From: Klebsormidium nitens
Lineage: Eukaryota > Plantae > Klebsormidiophyceae
Direction of reading: 5' to 3'
NCBI GenBank assembly: GCA_000708835.1
Contig: DF237061.1
Location: 1-64,000 of the forward strand
Length of the DNA stretch: 64,000 nucleotides
This document shows positions 36,258-48,200 of this stretch, piece by piece; the stretch's first letter is position 1, and every line of letters starts with the position of its first letter. Below the pieces are notes generated by a model that saw nothing but the letters and a program-made list of their open reading frames with translations, was not told where the DNA came from and made no database searches. Position numbers and translations under genes: made by a program.

Positions 36258-39200
36258 ATGGGATTCAATATGCTGCTCACGGCAGCTCTGCTATTGCTCT
36301 ACCTCAGTGCTGCCTGCGAGGCGCAGGGGCAAGGGATCGATGAGAGGCCCGCTCTTGTCGGGCGCGCAAAAACCGCAGCTGGATGGAAAGAGGAGCTGGT
36401 CCTTGTCCGACAGGACGAGTGGATGCAGGAGGGGGGGGGCGTGTTAGGAGAGGGGCGCAGCAGGCATGAAGCAGGGAGGGCTGCCGACTTGGGGGTTGGC
36501 TTCCGGGAGGCTTCTGAATCTGGACAGGAATTGGAGCAAAGGGCCAGGGCGAAACAGGGCAGGCCTGTGAGTTGGAGGGAGAAGGAGATTGGGTTGGTCG
36601 AGAAAAGGAACTATGACGAGCAGTCTCTCGTGGTAGGGGATGCTTTGAGCTCTCGGCCCGATGTGCATTTCTTGGTGGAGGGGTCCTTGCAGGGGGTCCC
36701 AGGGGGGGAGTTTGAAGGGCCCGAGGGCAATGGTGGAGTCTTATCCAGCATGCAGTTGGAAAGTGGGGAAAGATTTGGTCACCCTGTACTAGGTAGGAAC
36801 CACACCTCCAAGGCGTTTTCAAGAAGCAGGGGGGAGGCACTTGCCGCTGTGGCTGGCAAGTTTCAGGATGGAACTCAAGAGAGGGAGGCTTCAAAGTCAA
36901 ATGCGCGCCAACCTTCAGTCACGACAGCAGGGTTGGATGACAGCAGGGTTTTGCAGCCACGACGTCACGTTCTGAATGCCGAGCAGAGCACGGGTTGGGG
37001 CGCCTCCGATGACTCGGTAGCGTCCACGCTTTGGCATTTACTCCCTCTCACGCAGGGCCGCTCGCAGTGGGAGCGAGGGCCAGCTTTCTCCTGGTCAAAC
37101 CCCTCAAAGCCGGCCCTGCGTCTCGCCCGTCGAATCCATCAACGTCTACAAAGGGCACGCGTTTTAGCAGAGGAGAATGCAGCTGGCGTTCCTGCCGAGA
37201 ACACTCTCCATCGGAGGTATTCAAAGCTGGAAGGCTTCGCCCCCGGCCCAGCTCCACTGCCGGCACTCGGCACTTCCAGTCCTGCCTCAAACCCAGGGTT
37301 TGCTCCAAACCCGGCACCAGCGTCTGCCCCAATCCCAGGGCCTGCAGCGGGGCCTGCGTTGGCTCCCGCCCCTGCATCCCTTCCGCCCGCACCTAGTTGT
37401 CCTAATATCACTATCCCAGGGTTGACTCCAAGCCCTGACAGGAAGACGGCTTATAGCGATGGTGAGCAGGTCGCTGGTCGTTCGTATTTCAACCCTAATC
37501 TGGAATGAATCATGCTGACGCATGTGAAGGTTGTAAGTCGGCTTAGTTTAGTAGTTGGCGTGCTTCAGGTGCTTTGATTGCAAGCTAGCGCTTTGAGGTC
37601 TTTCTGGATGAGACACCTTTGGTAAACAGAATCTCCCCGCTTGCCATGAGTGTCCATTCGGCTGCAATCTCAAACATTCCTTCCTTTTGGACTTCATCTC
37701 ATTGAGGGAGTTGAGGCCCCAGTTCCTTGGTAGGGCGTGCAAGAGTTCAGGCGCATTTGACGTGAGCAGTTTATCTGAAGTCGCGCACCTTGGATAGTAT
37801 ATGGGCAAGAATCTGATTGTCTCTTCTATTTGGCCTCATCATACCATTTCCTTTCTGCAGCACTTGCCCTGGCGGCCATCAAGCTGGTTGCTTCCAATTT
37901 GACGGCGACCAAAAATTGGAGGGGGGACGATCCATGCAACAATGATTGGCCCAGAGTTTTGTGTGAACAGCAGGCAGATGGCCTGCTCTACGTCGTTCAA
38001 CTGGATCTCAGTTACATGTTCCTGGGGGGTGCGATCGCCCCTGGAATATGCCAACTTTCAAAGCTACGCTACTTGTGAGTACCCTTGCGTGCCGCGGGAT
38101 TGTTGTGGTGATTGGTTGAGTGGTATTTCCGCATAAAGTCAGTTTACTCATTCCATTGGCTTATGCAGCATCATTTTCATCGGCGGTTCGTCAGTACTAT
38201 GTTTTTCTACATTCTGTGAAGGCTGGTATATTTTTAACCTGCCTTCTTTTTTCGAATCTGCAAAAGCTGCTACGTAACAACGTTAGAATGGAATCTGCAC
38301 GCTGTGTGCCGCTCCCTTGCACACCCTCAATTTGCATCAACAGCCAAATGACTTCAACATAAGTTGGAAGAGCTTTTGTGCCTCCACAAACCTGCTTCTC
38401 CTCGTTGCTGCAGGTCTCTGGCTGGCAACAACATCAGTGGAAACCTCCCTGCATCGCTGGGGGCTATGCCTCGCCTCCAAGTTTTGTGAGTAACATAAGC
38501 GTCTGCTGAAGTCTTGAGACGGCTTTGCCCTTGCAATCCATCTACCTGCCATCATGTTGATGTTCTCCATTGCTTAGAATGTTCTCCAGCGGTCGTTTCT
38601 CCTTCTCCTGGTCCTGCACTTGAGTCGCTAGTGCCTCTGCAATCAAATGTTGTCAAGGTTGTGAATTTTTGGCTACATTTGACCCTTTTTGTGATCGTTC
38701 AACAACATAAAAGCTTGGAAGCTAAGAGCTCACTTTAGTGAATCGCATTCTCTGGCAGGCATCTGTATGACAACAACCTGACAGGGCCGCTGCCTCCAGA
38801 GTTGGGGTGGCTGTCTCAGCTGGAAGAGCTACGGGCTGAGACAAACAGGCTGAATGGGACGGTGCCTGCTTCGTTGGGGGCGCTTCAAAACCTCGTGCTC
38901 CTGTAAGCCTAGTTTCAACTCTTATCTTTGGTGGTTTGTTCTGTCTTGTATGAACTCCTAGAAAAGGGGACAGCATGAGCTTGCTGCCCAGCGTTGTGAA
39001 TCAGTTTAGTCTTTGTGTTGCTATGATTCTGTCTGCGCTTGAATGTAGGAACCGGATTGTCGTTTGGGTGGATGTACTTGAGCTTCGCACCTGCCTTTGT
39101 CCTCGTATTTCCTGCACATACCCAAGGATTGAAGGTTCTATCACACAGGAGAGGACTCCTTGTTCGTTGAATTTAGGTTCTAAGTTCCTCGGATCATGCC

Positions 39201-42200
39201 CTTTGTCAGGGGCAACGCCCAATAGGTTTACCTTCCTGTTGCAGGTCCCTTTCTCAGAATCAGCTGTCCGGCCAGATTCCCCCTTCACTGGGCCGCTCTC
39301 AGAATCTGATGATCATGTAAGCCTCCTATAATCTTTAGCCTTTGTATCTGAGAAACAGTTGTAGGAGAAAGATGGCTTGAGATATTTATCCTCAGAGAAG
39401 AGGGATGGATTTTCGTATAAGGGACCTACTAGCCTTTCGATGGTCAAGTTCGATCATTCAATGTTGTACTTCGGAGGACCCCTTTCCGCACCAGGTCCAA
39501 GGGCGCGGTCAGGAATCGACGTGTTCGGTGAAACATCTCACACAACACGGTGAAATCCTTTCACATGTTTAAGATGCCTCGTTTGAAGATCTCAGAACCG
39601 ATTATCATCGATTCTCTTCCTTGGTTGAAGCATAAAAGGGAACGGACTCGAAGCAACGATCAATCTCATGGATCAATCTCATGGTCAGAAGCATCGGTGA
39701 TGATGCACATCGTGCCTTGTCAAGCATCGTCACTTCGTTCATGTAGGAGGATCAACAACAACGGGCTGATCGGGTCGCTTCCAGCTTCGTTGACTGATCT
39801 CATCAACCTTCAAGAGTTGTAAGTAGCAGAGCAAACAATTTTTTCCTCCTGCACCCCGTCAACTGCGATCTGAAGCCTTGACGTTGCAGAGTTTTGAAAG
39901 GCTGACTGACGCTTGGTTGTCTCAGTCGACGAGGTCGAAGCAGGTCTTGTACTGTCAGTCAGCATTTGAACATGTTCCAGCAAGTGCTTGAAGATTACGT
40001 CATTTCTGCCAGATTCATTGCGCTCAGATGTTATCCATCGTCAAACGCCATCTTGGACTTTTGATTGCTTCTTGCCTGAGGTTCTTTAAAGAAAAGGGAG
40101 TTCCTTTCGTCTCTACTGATCAACAACGTTTCTGGAAATCGTGCTCAAGCTCCTGTTGACCTTGCTTTTTGCAGGGACCTCTCCTTCAACAATCTGACTG
40201 GCCCAATCTGGCCGTACCTTTTGGGGAAACTGTCTCGAGTCCAGACCCTGTAAGTATTGAGCAACTGACTTCTTCAGCAATGTGGTAATGTCACTTCTCA
40301 AAAGCCCGTCATCAGAGGCATGTATGGACTCTGGATACGTGGAAGCTTTAAGTCTGGTTCTGTGCGTCCAATATATTCTACATTATCCTGTAGACTGCAC
40401 TTGACTCCGCTGTCTGGTGCCCCCACAGGAGGCTAAACAACAACAATCTCACGGGGCCTCTCGACAGCACCGTTGGGGACATGCGAGCCCTACAGACTTT
40501 GTGAGTCAAAGCCAGCCATTCTCTTGAATTGCTCCATGCATCAAGCTGCGTGCTTTGCGTTCCCAGCTTTCAGGTTCCGGGTTCTCGAGCTGTTTTGGAT
40601 TCACGCTCCTTAGCTCTTGGAATGCTCCGTTCACCCCTCTTTTTTTAACTTGCCTTCGTATGAATGTATTATCATTTGGGTTATGTGTCAACCGTGGGAA
40701 TACGTACCCCGGCTCTTCGTCTTACTCACCAGTGGAAAAGCGGCTGAACTTTTTTGTATTCTTCCAGGGAGCTGAGCAACAACAAGCTTCAGGGGACGCT
40801 GCCAACCCGCTTGAGCGAGCTTCACAACCTGCAGTACGTGTAAGTAGACATGACCGCCTGTGTTATGACTGTCAATGACATGTTTTCTTGTCTTCATAGA
40901 TCTGTTCGGTCTTTCTTTAGCTTCTGCAAGTTATCGCCTTTGGCTCGATTGTGAGCTGCTGGTATAAACTCGCCTCGAGTCTAACTGCTCACCAGAGTCT
41001 TGATACTCTTGGTGAGCATTTATTTCTGCAGGTGAAATGCTCGAGCTGCATGGGAGGAACTTTGCAGCACGCCGGTAATTGTGTCATGGCCACGTAGTCC
41101 TTATTTGCACCAACCGTTCAGAACGGTCGGCCTCCTCAAGACGGCCAAAGTCCGTTAATCGTTCGAGTCCCTACGCTTGTCCCGTTAGCGGACGGCGTTT
41201 GAATGCTCATTGAATCTCGATTGAATCTTTGCAGGTCGATCAGGAACAATCAACTAACCGGATCTATCCCGAAGGAGCTTGGCTACAACAGCAACATCAA
41301 CTACCTGTAAGTAGCTAAGGCACTGCACTGCACACTACATAGACGATAACAGTACTGCTAAATCTTGTCTGAGACACGCAGACAAGTTTCCTTGGATTTG
41401 TTGTGTCTCACTTTCTGGCAGATGAAGGTTTGATCGTCACCCTTTTGAATTGCCAGCCTCTTCATGTCTTGGCTCCTCTTGCAGCATGCTCAGCAACAAC
41501 ACGCTGAACGGCTACCTGCCAGACGCACTTGGCAACATTCTGAATCTTCAGGAGTTGTAAGTAACCAGCCCTACTTCCGTGGGTGCGCCTATTTCAAATG
41601 AATGTTACCTTTAGAAGAGTATGTGGTTCTCAAGGTGCCTTGTTCGTGCTAAAGTTGCCATGGCCAAACAGCCTGGACGAGATTGGGTGCAGTCTCTCGT
41701 GTTATAGAGAGATTGTATGCATTGGTCTTCTTTCCCGTACTATTGAGAGGGAGGGATGCTTCGGCAGTTCGTCATCCGCGATATACTTCGCTCCCTGCTT
41801 CAGGTGGCTTGACGGCAACCAGTTCTCGGGGCCCCTACCTAGTGGGCTGGGCAACCTTGCGCAGCTAAAGAAGATGTGAGCTTTCGTTCGAACGAAACTT
41901 CTTCGTTCGTTCCTGAGCTTTAGACCGCTTCCTTGCTTCTTTGCTGTTGCAACTTTGTGCAGTGCAACCTAAGAAAACGTCTCATAAGATGTTAGGAGCT
42001 TCAATGCTTCGGTTTCGGAGGTTTGACGAAGAGACCTGACCTCCATTCATAGATTACACCCTCTCAAGAATTTGCAGTCGTCTGGTTCAAAACCAGTTTA
42101 GGGGTGTGCCCTGTTGCCAGTCAGCGGTTCCTGTTACACCTGTTCAGCTGTTCAGTTACTGGCGGTTTTTGCCTTTCTGCAAAGAAGGTGTCCATCTTGC

Positions 42201-45200
42201 AGGCACCTCGAGAACAACTTCTTCACGGGTGCGTTGCCAGACAACTTCAACGGGCTAAGCTACCTCCAAGAACTGTGAGGAACCGCTTCCCTTCAGCCGC
42301 TCTTAAGTCCACCTTGCCTCACCCTTAAGTGTACCAGAACACTTCGCTTGTTTTCATCTACCGAATGTCCCATGCTTTCTGGTTTGTCTTTCCCTGCCCT
42401 CTCAGGTTCGACTCGATCAAACACTTAACCTGTTTTGGTTGTGCTTGGTATTCTCCCTCTGCATGGTCTTCTGTGGTGTTCCATCTTTTACGAGGAATCA
42501 ACGGCTGGTCATTGATCCAAAAGCACAACAGCCTTCACTGTCACCGTCAGCGTCCAACCGTTGCATATACGAGCTCCGACCGAAAGCCGATACAAAGTTG
42601 GACGCCTGCGCAGGTGGCTGGACAACAACGCGCTGTCCGACCCCCTCAACCCGTTGCTAGCCCAGTGCTCGTCCCTCTCCGTGCTGTCCATGAACAACAA
42701 CAGTCTGACTGGGAGCCTGCCAGACGAGTACGGGGATATCAGCACCCTGACCTACGTTTCGCTCGCCAACAACTCGCTCATGGGCCCAATCCCGCTCACG
42801 TTTGGCAACCCGACGGGCCTACGTGTGATGTGAGGCCGGCCGCCAATGCGTTGCTGTTCCGCCTTTTTTTTTGGGCCAGGTTTTTCGGACGTTCTTCATT
42901 ATCTTGGATGTTTGGAAAACAGCCTATGATTGGTCCTGGGGGATCGGTGTTCCGGAGGCTATCTGTCTTTGTGGAGATGCGGACCGCTTGTCCCTGTTGT
43001 TGTTGATCGAAAGGTCCCTCTCAAATCGTGGGTTCTTTGCCCAGCACTTAAGCAGCAGTTTGCTTCCTGATCTGATCCAAACAATCTGAAAAAGAAACTT
43101 CGGTCCTTAATCTCGAACGTCTGACGTTTTGCCCCCCGCATGCTCAGAACAGCGGCTGGCAGTTCTTGGCAGAACAACCAGCTGAACGGAGCCATTCTCT
43201 GATTGCAGAAAGGCCTCTGTCCTTTGTTACGCTTATGAGGCGTCTTTACGCAAACGCCAAGGTTATTCTTTCTTTCTGAAGCGGTGTTTTGCAGAACAGC
43301 CGCCCTCTGGGACCAATTTCCAACTCCGGCGCAGTGCATTTGCTTCCCTCTTCAAGCGGTGATTGGTTTTCCTCCTGACTGCCGACTCTAAACCTCGTGC
43401 TTTTTGTGTCTTGGCAGTGCTCTGCAGAACAACCAGCTGAACGGGACCATCCCCCCGACGCTGGGAAAGCTGACGTACCTGCAACAGCTGTGGCTTCAGA
43501 ACAACAGCCTGGAGGGGGCCATTCCGGCGCAACTGGGCAACCTGAAGAACGTCGATCTCAGGTAGAGCGTCGCAACAGGTTGACTTGCGGCTTGTGTTGA
43601 ATGTCTCGGATATTCTGTCATGAGTTCTCCTGCTGCCTGTTTCGAGAAAACCCTTTTGGCAGTGCGTCTTCGTTTTGTATTGGTGCTGGCATAACGCTCC
43701 AAATGTTCATCTGTTTGGTATTGGTTTAGCGACTTTGTCACGGAAGTATGACCGAGAGCGCCGACTTCGTGGTTCTCGTTCAACTAGAATGCTGACGCTA
43801 TTCTCCTTGGGTATCAGCACCCAAGGTCTACCTTGTCATACCGCGCGTCTCAGATTTTTCTCTCACCTTCGTTTTGCGGAGTCCAAAACTGTTTTTTCGC
43901 TTCATTTTGTTAGCATCCCCTTTCCTCCCTGCCTTTCCCTCACTGCCTAGAAAACTTCTCTTAGAGATCCTGAACACCAACCACTGTTCTTAAGCAGAGC
44001 TCCTCTGATACTCTTCGGCTCGAAGCTCACTCTAGTTTCCCTTCCCCCCAGGCTCGACGGCAACCTCAACATGTGTGGCCCCTTCTTCCCCAAGGCCTGC
44101 CCCTCCCCTCCGGGCGTCGCCCCCTCCCCATCTCCCCACGTGCCCCGCCTGCCCCCCCGCTTCGGACGTCCAAAGCTGGACCGGCAGTTGCGCGTGCGTG
44201 GACGCTTTGACGCTGCATTTCCGGTTCGGGACCAAGCTGCCGTTTGACAGCGCACGGAAAGAGCTGCTGTCGCTGAGCCTCGCGAACGGGCTGGGGATCC
44301 AGCGCCAGCAAGTGAACCTCGTGGGGAATGTTACGTACAACGGGACGAACGCTTATGTAAGTTGTTTAAGTCGTCCGTGTGCATATTGTCGTTTCCGTCC
44401 ATTCTGACTTGTTGTACGAGCGTGAGGACCGGAAGGTTGTGTAAAGGTGACCTTGTCAGATCGGTACTCGGTACTTATTCTCCCTTAGGCAACCGACGTC
44501 ACTGGTTCCTTTATTTCTCATGTGGTTCCGAATGTCTGAATTAAGTGAGGCAACCGCAAAGCTTTACAGGCGTTTTCTTGCTGGGACTTGCAAGAAGACC
44601 TGCTTGTAGAAGAACAAGGCGAAAGAACAGTTGGTGACATTGACGTGTTCTTCTTTGATGCTATCCCTGAGACGAGGGCTTCTATGTCCTCTCTCGACTG
44701 CAAGTACTCTTTAAAGTTGTTTTGTCACGATGACAGAATTCGAAGAAAGGAACTGGCCGGATCTCGGAAGGAAGGAGAGCAGTCATTGATACATGTTGTA
44801 ACACACCTCGTGTTTTGGTACTTCCAGATGACCGTGAACGTACTACCGCTGGGAAACATGTCGCTCACCGAGGGGCAGATTCGGGCGATGGTGCGGGGCC
44901 TCAAGTCGCGGTCGGTGGCGCTCCCAGAGTCGATGCAGGACGTGACGAAGTACGAGGTCGTGGGGGTGGAAGTGCCACCAGACATATGTGAGCACTTCTC
45001 CTCTCTAAGTTGTGATGAATCTCTTAGAGTTCAGGAAGATGTGAGTATCCAGACAGTGTCGAAATGTCAACCCTTTTCTACGAAGGAGCTTTTCAAATGG
45101 GTATTGGTAATAAGGCAACGATACCCCTCGCTTCTCAACATCCCTGCACGATCCTCAAAGTCGTACGACGTTCTTCGTATCCTTCTGAGTCCGGGCCAGA

Positions 45201-48200
45201 GATGTTGCCATTGCACACGTTCATTTCGTTTGGCCAAAAATTTGTTTCAAAAAACAAGAAAGAGTAGAATTCAATATCTTCTTTCCGTTGCCCCCTCTTC
45301 GACCTTCTGTTCCCATTCACGACGCAACCCTGCAGTCAACCCTCATCGTCCATCTACATACCATCTCCGCAACAATAGAACCTCATTCTCACAGGATCTC
45401 CGCAACTTTTGTGCAGCTCTGACCGACCCAAAACCCAGCTCGGCCGTCATAGCGGGCGCCGCGGTCGGCGCAGTCGCCGCGCTCGTTCTCGTCCTCTGTA
45501 CCGTCTCCTTCTTCCTCCACAACCGGCTGAAACACGCCCGGGAAAAGCGCGCGAGCCTGGAAGAGGGGGGCTCTTTCGACGGCTCGATCGAGTCGGACGA
45601 CCAAGAAACGCAGCGACGCCGGTTCAGCACGTTCTTGCTAAAGTGCCTTGCGAAGGCGCCATGCAAGAACCGGGGGGAACGATGCAAACGGGGGGGTCGG
45701 AGTGGGCGCGCGAGATGGATTATTGGGAGCTTCGGAGGGCGACGAGCAATTTCGGGCGCTCGCGGCTGATCGGCGAGGGGGGGTTCGGGAGAGTGTACCG
45801 GGCGAGGATGGACGACGGGTCCGTTTTGGCGGTGAAACGGCTGAACGAAAAGTCGTCTCAGGTAAGGGGCGTGGGTTCGTCAGGTGTTCTTCAGAGAGTT
45901 CAGAGGAATGGGAGCAGGAGTTGTGCTAAATATCTGGACATAGTTTCCTCTCTCTCCGTGTCGCTTTTGTATCGAAGGGGTGAGAGAAGGATGTTCAGAC
46001 CGAACACGTTACGCTTTTCAGCCTTGTATGCTTGAACGTTTGGGCGACTGTCGTGCTAAACATGAGGCCTAACGAGCCAAGATACAGTTGCAGCTTAGCA
46101 TGGATTTGCAGGCGCTTGTCGAAAAGCAAAAGCAAGCCGCTTGTAGTGGAGTCTGACCTTTGGAGATGGTGGTTGAATGGGTCTCATGCTCTGCTTGGAA
46201 CGTCGAGTAAGCCTCCCTTCCTGAAGGGGGGACAATCGCACCGTGCTTGACACTATTCTTGCTTTTCTGCCAGGGCGAGAGCGAATTCTGGGCGGAGGTG
46301 TCAACGCTGGGCCGATTGGCCCATCCACACCTGGTGAAGCTGGTTGGCTACTGCAGCCACCGAGGGGAGCGACTCGTTGCGTACGAGTACATGCCCAAGG
46401 GAAGCCTCAAGGACTACCTTCACGGTGGGTTTCCGTTTAAGGCTGCAGAGCACCCTCGAGCGCAAAAGCTGACAGCTGCCAGTCCAAGCCGTATTGTCCA
46501 GATTGGGGAACGTTATTCCAGAATTCGGATAAGACTTGAGAAATATGCCATGTTCAAAATCCTTGTCATAGCGGACCTCGCTCGTCCCGTGGGCTTTGAC
46601 AGTAACCTTGCTATTGTGGAATGGTCGATGCAGAAAGCCTTCCATCACCAGTTCCGTTTTGTCTTGTTTGCGAATCTTACTTACAGGACGCATTTTTCCT
46701 GGGGATGACAGCCAGAACTCATCACGCAACCAGACAACTATCGACCAGGCAATATTACAAGCAATGGGCGCTTTGGATGGCGATCACTAATTGAGAACCC
46801 CATTTTTAGAGCAGCAATCAACTTCTGTGATGGCCCGCAGGCTATGGGAGTCAGAGCGCAATTCTGGACTGGCCGAAGCTTGCAGGAGTGTTGTCAACAC
46901 TAAACTGGGTACAGCACACTGATTTTACTCGCAAACCCGGGATATATGCCGAACCTTCGCAAAAGTTTGCAGACTATGGGAGCCAGAAGGCGGGCCCGAA
47001 ACACGCAAAACAAGTTGGAAACGCTGACTTCGTCAAGCCAGCGACCCAAAACGCTTATACTGATCTACTCTTGCTAGCTCCGCAGGCTACCGTAGCCAGA
47101 AGCGGTCCTCGACTGGCCGACAGAGGCCTAGCAAATTGAAAACGCCCATGTCGTAAAGCACAGCAACTTGAAACGCTAACGCTAGGTTCTCTTGCGTTCC
47201 CGCAGGCTATCGGAGCCAGATGGCGGTCCTCGATGGGCGACCCAGGCATACCTAAACAAAAACGGGTTTCCGTAAAGCACAGCGGCCAAACGCTTTTATT
47301 GAGCTACTCTTGCGATCCCCGCAGGCTATGGGAGCCAGAAGGCGGTTCTCGACTGGTCAACAGGCTTGATTATCAGAAACGCCGAATCACGTAAAGCACA
47401 GCTTATATTGAGCTTCTCTTGCGATTCCCGCAGGCTATGGGAGCCAGAAGGCGATCCTCGACTGGGCGACGCGAATGCGCATCGTTGTGGGTGCGGCGGA
47501 GGGTTTGGCGTTTCTGCATGCGGCGATCCCGTCGGTGATCCACCGGGATTTCAAGAGCAGCAACATTCTGCTGGATGGAGATTTGGGGGCCAGGGTGGCG
47601 GACTTCGGGTTGGCGCGAGAGGGGCCCAGCGAGCCGGTCACGCATGTTTCGACGCAGGTAAGAGTTTTGGCAAGCATTATGATAGCAGGAAAAAGGTCAG
47701 ACGTGTAACGATTGAGGGATTGGGATTGAGATTGAGAGGAGGTATATGAGGGAAACAAACAACACGGAACCGAAAGAGCTGAGGGAGAAGAAGCGATGCG
47801 GGCAGTACGTATTCTGCCGATGGTTAGAGAGCAATCTCATCCTATCATAAGAAAAGCAAGGGAGTTGCAAAAGGGTCTCGCTCTGATATGGTCCACACTA
47901 CCTAGCTGCACCGAGTCGTGGAACCTTTGCCCCTGCGAGATGACAAGAAAAAGAAAGTTCACATTATTTGTCGATACGCCTGCCGATGCCACTGAAAGAC
48001 GAGGATCCCGTCGCACATGCGAACCACCCTTGGTTACTCAGCAGTCGACTACCTTAGAGAGCAGATTCTTACTCTGTCAATTGCGCTTAAGGCTTAAACG
48101 AACTCTCCTCGTGAAAGAGGTTCTGCTCAAACATCGGTCGCCAAAGGTCAAACTGATAGCTGAGGCACAGTGGTCCCTTTTCACTGCAGGTGCGGGGCAC

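Noticed and set aside
41090-41200. B-box-like GTTCGAGTCC (also GGTTCGAGTC at 51078) suggesting a tRNA or SINE
   Set aside because: No convincing A-box or cloverleaf could be built by eye.
46825-47470. CRISPR-like repeat-spacer appearance
   Set aside because: The context is a eukaryotic intron, the 'spacers' are homologous to each other, the repeats match the adjacent exon start, and there are no cas genes.
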